Position numbers and translations under genes: made by a program | Shown: positions 8,231 to 15,153 of the stretch, piece after piece | Position numbering within the stretch: position 1 is the first letter of the stretch | Layout of the letters: each line of letters opens with the position of its first letter | Origin: an uncultured Anaerolineae bacterium | Lineage (GTDB): Bacteria; Chloroflexota; Anaerolineae; Promineifilales; Promineifilaceae | DNA: 47,411 nucleotides | Direction: 5' to 3' | Assembly: GCA_937949915.1 (NCBI GenBank) | Contig: CALECP010000146.1 | Span: 1 to 47,411, forward strand | Notes under the pieces: generated by a model | The model's database searches: none | Seen by the model: the letters and a program-made list of their open reading frames with translations, nothing else | Told to the model about the DNA's origin: nothing

Positions 8231-10651
8231 ATGTCGATCCAACCCTTGACCGCCTCCCAACTCCGCCGTGTTTGTGACCCAGCCAGCTTCCCATTTGACA
8301 CCACGGCCGCACTAAAACCAAACGGCAACATTATCGGCCAGCCACGCGGCACACGCGCCATCGAATTTGGCATCGCCATGCAAAGTCCGGGCTACAACAT
8401 CTATATTCTGGGTAGCACAGGCACCGGCCGCACCACGTATATCAGCCGCTTTCTCAAAGAGAAATCACGGACACAAGCCACGCCAGACGACTGGGTTTAT
8501 GTGCAAAATTTTGCCATCCAACACCAGCCCCGCGCCATTGAGTTTCCGGCCGGAGAAGGCGCACTGTTCAAAAAGCGGATGGAAGAGCTGGTGCAGTGTC
8601 TCAAAGAAGATTTGCCCCGCGCCTTCTCGACAGAGGAGTATGAAGAAGCGGTCAACACGCTTTGGGACAAAGTTGAACTGACACAATCATTGCTGATGCG
8701 CGACATCGAACGCAAAGCGCGGGAACGCGGGTTTGCGCTGGTGCGCTCTGCGTCGGGGCTAACGGTGACACCGGTTGTCGATGGCGAAGTGATGTCGGCC
8801 GAACAGTACGACGTTCTCTCGATGGAGCAACAGAACAAACTCGACCAAAATCAAGAGTTTCTGGAGGGAATGCTGGAAGATTTGGTCAAAAAGACACGCC
8901 TCATTCGCCAAAATGCACGGGACGAACTGAAAGCACTAGATCGTGCCGTTGCGGTACAAGCGATAGCCCCCCACACCGACGCAATGGGCGAAGCATACGC
9001 CAAACATGAAGAAGTGCTGCTCTATTTGGGTGAGGTGCAAGAAGATGTACTGAACCATCTCGATGGTTTCCGGCCGAGTACAGAGGAAGGGGAGCAAAAA
9101 AAACAAGACCTGCAACGGTATGATGTCAACATGTTTGTTGACCACAGCAACACAGAAGGTGCGCCCGTCATCGTGGCACAAAACCCGACGTACAACAATT
9201 TGATCGGCCGCATCGAATTTGAAATGCGCGGCGGCATCATGTCCACCAAATTTACGCACATCAAACCGGGCAGCCTGCACCTTGCCAATGGTGGCTATCT
9301 CGTCATCGACGCAACCGAACTTATCTCACAGCCCGATTCATGGGAAGCACTGAAACGCGCTCTCAAAACAGGCGAGATATTTCTGCAACCGTATAACACA
9401 CTTGATGGCAGCCGCGTTTTGGCAAAATCGCTCGACCCCGAAGCGATTCCGCTCGACATTAAAATCGTTTTGCTGGGCAGCAGTGCGCTCTATTACACGT
9501 TGGTCGAAGTGGATGATGATTTTTCGTCGCTGTTCAAGGTGATGGCAGATTTCGGCACGACAATGACACGAAACGAGGAAAACGAACTCGCCTACGCTGG
9601 TTTTATCGCCCAGCTCTGTGCTGATGAGAAGCTGCTTCATTTTGACCGTGCGGCCGTCGCCCGTGTCATCGAATATGGTAGCGAGTTGGCAGAAGAGCAA
9701 GACAAATTAAGCACGCGCTTTAGCACCATCGCCGATCTTGTGCGCGAGTCCAGCTTTTGGGCAACCCATCACGGCCGCACACTTGTCTCTTTGCACGATG
9801 TCGAACACGCCATCAATGAATGGGTGTACCGCTCCAACAAAGTAGAAACGCTGATAGACGAACAGATCGAGAGCGACAGCTTACTCATCGTCACCACCGG
9901 GGAAACCGTCGGGCAGATCAATGGCTTGAGCGTTTTGGAAGCAGGCGAGTATGCGTTTGGTCGGCCGATGCGGATCACAGCACGCACGTACATGGGCAGC
10001 AATGGCATTGTCCAAATCGAGCGCGAGACAAGCATGGCCGACTCTGTGCATAACAAAGGGGTGATGACGATCACCGGCTACTTGGGCGGCATGTACGCAC
10101 ACGAACATGCCCTTTCGCTCTCGGCAAGCCTCACATTTGAGCAACTATATGGAGAGATCGCCGGGGACAGTGCCAGTTCTACAGAGCTATATGCGCTGAT
10201 TTCCAGTCTCTCCAATTTGCCGATCAAGCAAGGGATCGCGGTCACTGGTTCTGTCGATCAGCGTGGTACTATTCAGCCGATAGGCGGGGTCAACGAGAAG
10301 ATCGAGGGCTTTTTCCGTGTGTGTGAACAACGGGGCTTGACAGGCGAGCAGGGTGTCATTATTCCCCAGAGCAATGCGGCCGAACTGATGCTGGACAAAG
10401 ATGTGATCGCGGCCGTCGAAGCGGGTCAGTTCAGTGTGTGGGCGATCAATCATATCGACCAGGGGCTGGAGATATTGCTCGGCCGTCCGGCCGGACAGCG
10501 CGACGAAAACGGCGACTTCCCCACAGACAGCATTCACGCCCTTGCCGAGGATGAACTGTTACGCCTAGCGAAAAAAGAAAGCGGCGAAGACGAAAACGAG
10601 GATGAAGACAACGAAGAAAGCGATCCATTACCCGTAGCAAATGACGAGTAG
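8231..10651 (+). CDS. LonC-type Lon-like protease (AAA-like domain with degenerate Walker motifs and helical insertion + S16 Ser-Lys protease domain)
   Basis: 806-aa ORF. P-loop-like GSTGTGRTT (Arg in place of Lys). Walker-B-like YLVIDATEL (DA instead of DE). Long helical insertion at about residues 110-330. C-terminal Lon proteolytic domain with GDSASSTELYALISS (Ser) and GGVNEKIEGFF (Lys). Acidic tail. Confidence 0.85.
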   Translation: MSIQPLTASQLRRVCDPASFPFDTTAALKPNGNIIGQPRGTRAIEFGIAMQSPGYNIYILGSTGTGRTTYISRFLKEKSRTQATPDDWVYVQNFAIQHQPRAIEFPAGEGALFKKRMEELVQCLKEDLPRAFSTEEYEEAVNTLWDKVELTQSLLMRDIERKARERGFALVRSASGLTVTPVVDGEVMSAEQYDVLSMEQQNKLDQNQEFLEGMLEDLVKKTRLIRQNARDELKALDRAVAVQAIAPHTDAMGEAYAKHEEVLLYLGEVQEDVLNHLDGFRPSTEEGEQKKQDLQRYDVNMFVDHSNTEGAPVIVAQNPTYNNLIGRIEFEMRGGIMSTKFTHIKPGSLHLANGGYLVIDATELISQPDSWEALKRALKTGEIFLQPYNTLDGSRVLAKSLDPEAIPLDIKIVLLGSSALYYTLVEVDDDFSSLFKVMADFGTTMTRNEENELAYAGFIAQLCADEKLLHFDRAAVARVIEYGSELAEEQDKLSTRFSTIADLVRESSFWATHHGRTLVSLHDVEHAINEWVYRSNKVETLIDEQIESDSLLIVTTGETVGQINGLSVLEAGEYAFGRPMRITARTYMGSNGIVQIERETSMADSVHNKGVMTITGYLGGMYAHEHALSLSASLTFEQLYGEIAGDSASSTELYALISSLSNLPIKQGIAVTGSVDQRGTIQPIGGVNEKIEGFFRVCEQRGLTGEQGVIIPQSNAAELMLDKDVIAAVEAGQFSVWAINHIDQGLEILLGRPAGQRDENGDFPTDSIHALAEDELLRLAKKESGEDENEDEDNEESDPLPVANDE

Positions 10652-10689
10652 ACATCTCTGCTCGTGATGAAGCAAAAAAGGAGAACGTT

Positions 10690-12348
10690 ATGACAAATAC
10701 AATCGACTTACTGACAAACGCAAAATGGCACGATCTAAACATCAATTGCAGCATTTTCACGCCACCGTATCCGGGGGAAATGGCGTTGCAGGTTCGTTTT
10801 TTCAAGCGGGTGACAGGCGCGGCCGGAGGCGGACAGGGTGCAAACGGTCAATTGATCGAATGGAGCAATAACACAGGCACGCATCTCGTCGGTGAACGCG
10901 CCTTCCATTCGGGGGCGACAGCGATCAGCGATATGCCGCTCGAAGATGTTTGTGGTGAGGCGGTTGTGATTGACTTGTCGGCCGAACTGTCCGACTACGG
11001 CTTCTATACCCCAGAAATGATCACCTCCAAAATCGACGTGAAAGCAGGGGATATTCTGATCATCAACACCGGCTACCACAAATATGCCTACGAAAATCCT
11101 GATGTAGTCAATGAGAACGCGCAAGGCGGCATCGAGAGCAAAGAGTTTGGCTTTTATTTGCGTCATCCGGGGCCGTCGGCCGACTTTTTCCAGTGGGCTA
11201 TCGACACAGGCATCAAGCTGATCGGGGTTGATTGCGGCTCGGCCGAGCATCCGATGAACACCAACCTACGCTATATGCACGCTCGTGAATTTGACAAAGC
11301 GGCCGCCAAATTACAAGAAACGCACGATCAAGAGTGGGACGACATGTTTCCGCCAGATGACTACTATAAATTGACGCATATCGACATGCCAAAGGCGCAT
11401 TTACGCTTACTCGAATCGCTCGGTGGGCAATTGAATGAAATTGGCACACGACGTATCTGGCTAATGGTGGGTGCGATTCCGTTTATGGAAGTGGAATCGG
11501 CGTGGTGTCGTGTGGCCGCACTGACTGCGCCCGATGGCATGAGCGACGACGATTTTATCGCCGCCATGCACACCGTAGACATGCTCGATCTGACGTTGCC
11601 GTTCTCTGTCCAAACGCCGCAATGGGCGAATTACGAGCCGCTCACATTGACGTACACAAAGCGGGTCGGCGGGCAGTATTTTGGGATGGGGCGCAATAAC
11701 GCGCATTGCAAAGCCAGCTTCCATTTGGCAACGCACATGGACGGCGAGATTCACTTTCACGCGGCCGGGCGTACCATCGGGCAAATGCCATTCGACTATT
11801 GGCGTGGGCAAGGTGTCGTCGCCGACATCAGCGAATTTGTGAGCGACACATCGGTGTACACCCCCGCCATGATCGAGAGCAAAATCGACGTGCAAGAGGG
11901 CGACATTTTGCTGCTCAAAACAGGCTGGCACAAATACGGCTGGAACAGCCCCGACAGCGACGAATTTCGCTACATGATCCGCCATCCCGGCCCATCGCCC
12001 GACTTCGCGCAATGGTGCATCGATAAAAAGATCAAATGGCTGGGCATCGACTGTGTGGCGATGGAACACCCAATGAACACGATTCAGCGTATCTTCCACC
12101 CGAAAACGTTTGAGGAAGCGAACCGCAAGCTGATCGAGCAGTACGGCGCGGATTGGGATACGGTGTACCCGCTCGACACGCACTATCAGGATATGCACCT
12201 CAATTTGTTCCCGAAAGGGATTGTCCACGTCGAGAATATCGGGGGGCAGATCGCGGAAATGGAGAGCGGCCGATACTTCATCAGCGCATTTGTCCAAAAA
12301 GGAATGGAAATGGCTTCATGCTGGCTACGAATGGTGATATTACAATGA
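10690..12348 (+). CDS. Tandem-duplicated putative cyclase / kynurenine-formamidase-like (PF04199-type) protein
   Basis: 552-aa ORF with AAGGAG upstream of ATG 10690. The two halves are homologous: YTPEMITSKIDVKAGDILIINTGYHKY / YTPAMIESKIDVQEGDILLLKTGWHKY; RHPGPSADFFQWAIDTGIKLIGVDCGSAEHPMNT / RHPGPSPDFAQWCIDKKIKWLGIDCVAMEHPMNT. The HxxTHxDxxxH metal motif is present only in the second half (FHLATHMDGEIHFH). Confidence 0.85.
   Translation: MTNTIDLLTNAKWHDLNINCSIFTPPYPGEMALQVRFFKRVTGAAGGGQGANGQLIEWSNNTGTHLVGERAFHSGATAISDMPLEDVCGEAVVIDLSAELSDYGFYTPEMITSKIDVKAGDILIINTGYHKYAYENPDVVNENAQGGIESKEFGFYLRHPGPSADFFQWAIDTGIKLIGVDCGSAEHPMNTNLRYMHAREFDKAAAKLQETHDQEWDDMFPPDDYYKLTHIDMPKAHLRLLESLGGQLNEIGTRRIWLMVGAIPFMEVESAWCRVAALTAPDGMSDDDFIAAMHTVDMLDLTLPFSVQTPQWANYEPLTLTYTKRVGGQYFGMGRNNAHCKASFHLATHMDGEIHFHAAGRTIGQMPFDYWRGQGVVADISEFVSDTSVYTPAMIESKIDVQEGDILLLKTGWHKYGWNSPDSDEFRYMIRHPGPSPDFAQWCIDKKIKWLGIDCVAMEHPMNTIQRIFHPKTFEEANRKLIEQYGADWDTVYPLDTHYQDMHLNLFPKGIVHVENIGGQIAEMESGRYFISAFVQKGMEMASCWLRMVILQ
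12304..12348 (+). repeat. Left copy of the 45-bp direct repeat (functional 3' end of the cyclase gene)
   Basis: ATGGAAATGGCTTCATGCTGGCTACGAATGGTGATATTACAATGA encodes MEMASCWLRMVILQ*. Its first 32 nt match 13486-13517 with 2 mismatches. Confidence 0.9.
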
Positions 12349-13484
12349 GTGATCGAAATAACTTGCGAGACTCCGCGCAAGAACAAGCGGAAATTGAAGA
12401 TAAACCGCGTGCAAGTCGAATAGATATTGAGTGGGGAGCAATAAACGCATTTCGAGAACTGCTTAGAGTTGCGTCCCGAGGTAATATGTCGCACTCAACC
12501 TACCAAAGTGCGATTGAGTTTGGGGGGAGTGTCTATCCTGATTTGCTTGGAGAGGATCGCAGCTTACTGAGACGAGCGCGAGAAAGCCGCCTCACGACTG
12601 AATATCGTCAAAAAGCCGGAGCGAAGCAACAGCTTGGTGAAGATGTCACTGCATTGCAACTTGCCGAGGAGGAATTGAGCGAAATCGAGAACTTGATCAA
12701 TGCCTCTGAATTCGGCGAAGCTAATGCTCTGAGGAGGAAGAAAGCAGATTTGTTGGAAAGTATCAATGAGTTAGACCCACCTGATGCTATTGAACACACG
12801 CTCATATTTCGAGATGTCAATCACGCAGATCGTAATCTACCGTCAATCCGAACTGAACATAACTTCCGCGAATTCAAATTACCAGACGATAATGTGCTTA
12901 GAATTACACTATATCATCCCAGTGTACCTGAACACATTTCTGGTGCAGACCTTATGTATGAGGTTCATGATATTAAGGCGAAAACTGTTAACGTTGTATT
13001 TATTCAGTACAAGATTTGGCATGAACGAACTATGTACTTATCTGATCCAAGAATGAATGCACAACTAGAAAAAATGAGAGAGCATACTTGTAAGGCAGGG
13101 CTGTGTAAAAATGATACAGTCGAATACCGTTTTCCTTACTGTGCAAGCTTCCTTAGACCAACCGATAAACTGCAATCTGCAGATCAAAGCTTGCGCTCTA
13201 CTGGTGAACATCTTCCGATATGCCGAATTGCGGAGTGTACTACTTTGGGACCAAAAGGTGGGGCAAAGCTTGAGTACAATGGCATAAAGAAAACCTCTCT
13301 TGCATATGATGTGTTCGAGGTCATGTTCAATCGAAAACGAATCGGTTCCAGAGCTTTATCATACACAGAGCTTGGGGAGATTTACGAAAAATTCCAGCTT
13401 CTACGTGAGCGGGATAGATTGCTGATCCATGCACAAGATTTCACGCCATTGTTACCTGAAACAGGTGATAACGAGAGTAATTAA
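12345..13484 (+). CDS. Hypothetical protein of an inserted cassette: N-terminal helical/coiled-coil half, C-terminal half with a possible PD-(D/E)xK-like (D...QxK) nuclease core and a Cys cluster
   Basis: ORF track gives 12153-13484. I start it at ATG 12345, which overlaps the cyclase stop (ATGA), because the upstream part lies inside the cyclase gene in another frame. GC is visibly lower than in the flanks and there is no CGGCCG. The candidate core is PEHISGADLMYEVHDIKAKTVNVVFIQYKIW. Cysteines: HTCKAGLCKN...YCASF...PICRIAEC. No family recognised with confidence. Confidence 0.7.
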   Translation: MSDRNNLRDSAQEQAEIEDKPRASRIDIEWGAINAFRELLRVASRGNMSHSTYQSAIEFGGSVYPDLLGEDRSLLRRARESRLTTEYRQKAGAKQQLGEDVTALQLAEEELSEIENLINASEFGEANALRRKKADLLESINELDPPDAIEHTLIFRDVNHADRNLPSIRTEHNFREFKLPDDNVLRITLYHPSVPEHISGADLMYEVHDIKAKTVNVVFIQYKIWHERTMYLSDPRMNAQLEKMREHTCKAGLCKNDTVEYRFPYCASFLRPTDKLQSADQSLRSTGEHLPICRIAECTTLGPKGGAKLEYNGIKKTSLAYDVFEVMFNRKRIGSRALSYTELGEIYEKFQLLRERDRLLIHAQDFTPLLPETGDNESN

Positions 13485-13485
13485 G

Positions 13486-13530
13486 ATGGAAATGGCTTCC
13501 TGCTGGCTACGCATGGTTGTCTATCAGTAA
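13486..13530 (+). repeat. Right copy of the 45-bp direct repeat (displaced, orphan 3' end of the cyclase gene)
   Basis: ATGGAAATGGCTTCCTGCTGGCTACGCATGGTTGTCTATCAGTAA encodes MEMASCWLRMVVYQ*. It begins 2 nt after the cassette stop codon and lies 1182 bp from the left copy. Confidence 0.9.
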
Positions 13531-13555
13531 ACGAAAGACATGCTATACTGAATTT

Positions 13556-13831
13556 ATGAATGCTGTGATTGAGATTCCAGAGGAGATTGCTGCTTCGATC
13601 AAACTCCCCAAACATCGGCTAAATGGGGAGTTGGTTAAGGAGTTGGCATTACAATTATACCGAGAGCGAATGATCTCATTCGCAAACGCACATCGGCTGG
13701 CGGGCATGAGTAAGGTCGCCTTTCATCATTTATTGGGCGACCGTCAAATTCCGCGCCATTATGGCGAAGATGCGTATGAACAAGATTTAGACGCATTGAC
13801 TGAATGGCGCAATGCAAACACAACAGTTTGA
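13556..13831 (+). CDS. UPF0175-family antitoxin-like protein (orphan; no PIN/DUF3368 partner downstream)
   Basis: From ATG 13556: MNAVIEIPEEIAASIKLPKHRLNGELVKELALQLYRERMISFANAHRLAGMSKVAFHHLLGDRQIP. This matches the UPF0175 pattern (IxLPxxL...ELAxxLYxxxxIS...A..LAGMS...F..LL....IP). TGCTATACT at 13541-13549 lies 6 nt before the ATG. Confidence 0.75.
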   Translation: MNAVIEIPEEIAASIKLPKHRLNGELVKELALQLYRERMISFANAHRLAGMSKVAFHHLLGDRQIPRHYGEDAYEQDLDALTEWRNANTTV

Positions 13832-13947
13832 GATTATCCGCTTACAATATTGCGCGTTTTTATTGGTATCAAAATACTTGATTGTGGTGAATTATCGATA
13901 ACAACCAAATTGTTTTTACCCGATGCGAAAAACAATAGTACCATCGC

Positions 13948-14204
13948 TCAATAGTGGAATTTACAAGCCACAATGATCAACTGCTCATCAGTTACTTTGT
14001 AAACAAGTCGGTGTTTTTGGTTAATACGACGTGACCAATAGCCTGCATAATCGTGTTTTAATGGCTCTGGCTTTCCAATCCCCTCAAATGGGTTGCGTTT
14101 CGTTTCGATGATTAACCGAATCAGTCGGTTGAATATCTTTTGTCGGTTGAAGACCAATCGGTGAATTGGGTAAACGCATCAGGGTAAAAGACGATCTGTC
14201 TCAT
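13948..14204 (-). pseudogene. yoeB: YoeB/Txe-family toxin gene disrupted by a -1 frameshift in an A-run
   Basis: ATG 14204 overlaps the antitoxin stop (ATGA) and reads MRQIVFYPDAFTQFTDWSSTDKR, then hits a stop after 5 more codons. The next frame (ORF 13948-14157) continues ...IFNRLIRLIIETKRNPFEGIGKPEPLKHDYAGYWSRRINQKHRLVYKVTDEQLIIVACKFHY. This matches YoeB (TPFEGKGKPEPLKH...WSRRI...HRLVY...C..HY). The junction is at ACCGACAAAAGATATTC, about 14136-14145. Confidence 0.78.
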
Positions 14205-14440
14205 TGATAGTCGTCCATATCAACCGCGATAAGTTCCGCCCCAGCCTCAACGTCGGCAATCGCACGGAGTAGATACTCGCGGTTCGCTTCGGAGCTGTCT
14301 AGGTATTCCGTTTCATCCATTTCATCCAGAGTAGTCACTTCGATCTGAATCTGTCGATTTGCAAACATTTGGCGCAATCCGATGAGAAACTGTTGGTCTA
14401 GCTGGTCGCTGTGTAATGTTACTGTCATGTTCATCATCAT
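14201..14440 (-). CDS. YefM/Phd-like antitoxin (C-terminal toxin-binding region recognisable)
   Basis: ORF 14201-14518. The likely start is one of the clustered Met codons (14440-14428), just downstream of a TATAAT. The C-terminal DETEYLDSSEANREYLLRAIADVEAG resembles the YefM [21 protein letters not shown] region. It is coupled to yoeB by ATGA. Confidence 0.62.
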   Translation of the reverse strand: MMMNMTVTLHSDQLDQQFLIGLRQMFANRQIQIEVTTLDEMDETEYLDSSEANREYLLRAIADVEAGAELIAVDMDDYQ

Positions 14441-14608
14441 ATTATAGTCGATATAGTGGCATTTGAAGCATCGAATGGTGATTTTTGTCGCATCGGCCGT
14501 TATTTTACGTTTGTCCAACGAGAGCTTTTTGCTGGTTAAGTCATATTTGGAATTGCTGTTAGAATGAATGATAGAATAGAATCGGAATAATCAAAGAGGT
14601 CATGTATT

Positions 14609-15148
14609 ATGAAAGGGATTGTTTTTACTGAATTTATCGAAATGGTGGAGGACACATTTGGCTGGGAGATGGCGGAAGATGTGTTGGAAGCGGCCGAACT
14701 GGAGTCGGGGGGCGTGTATACGGCCGTGGGAACATACTCCCACGAGGAAATCATCGCGCTGGTCGTAGAGTTGAGCAAGCGCACCGACATACCGGCCGAG
14801 ACATTGGTCAAAGCATTTGGCAAACATCTATTCAGCACATTTTCAGTCTCGCATCCTATTTTTTTGGATGGCATCGAGACAGCCTTTCAATTTTTGGGAC
14901 TGGTCGAAAACCACATTCATGTCGAAGTGCGAAAACTGTATCCAGATGCTGAGTTGCCATCTTTTGCAGTGGAAACAAATGGCAATGTGATGCTGATGAC
15001 CTATTCATCTGCGCGGCCGTTGGCCGATCTAGCCGAGGGATTGTTGGAGGCATGTATCGCACACTTTGACGAGCCGATCACACTGGCACGAAAAAATTTG
15101 GCAGATGATATGACGGCCGCGCAATTTACCCTGACGCTTGAGGCATAA
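14609..15148 (+). CDS. hnoX: H-NOX (heme nitric oxide/oxygen binding) sensor protein
   Basis: MKGIVFTEFIEMVEDTFG... with the proximal His region ENHIHVEVRKLYP and the YxSxR heme-propionate motif (YSSARP). 179 aa, typical stand-alone H-NOX size. AAAGAGG is upstream. Confidence 0.9.
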   Translation: MKGIVFTEFIEMVEDTFGWEMAEDVLEAAELESGGVYTAVGTYSHEEIIALVVELSKRTDIPAETLVKAFGKHLFSTFSVSHPIFLDGIETAFQFLGLVENHIHVEVRKLYPDAELPSFAVETNGNVMLMTYSSARPLADLAEGLLEACIAHFDEPITLARKNLADDMTAAQFTLTLEA

Positions 15149-15153
15149 GTTAG

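Noticed and set aside
12153-12344. The ORF-track N-terminal extension of the cassette gene (start at 12153).
   Set aside because: The extension overlaps the last 64 codons of the cyclase gene in another frame and has native GC/CGGCCG character. The ATGA-coupled ATG at 12345 coincides with the repeat boundary and the drop in GC.
13832-13947. A remnant of a PIN/DUF3368 toxin downstream of the UPF0175 gene.
   Set aside because: Translations of all three forward frames show stops and no PIN-like acidic motifs. This cannot be supported by eye.
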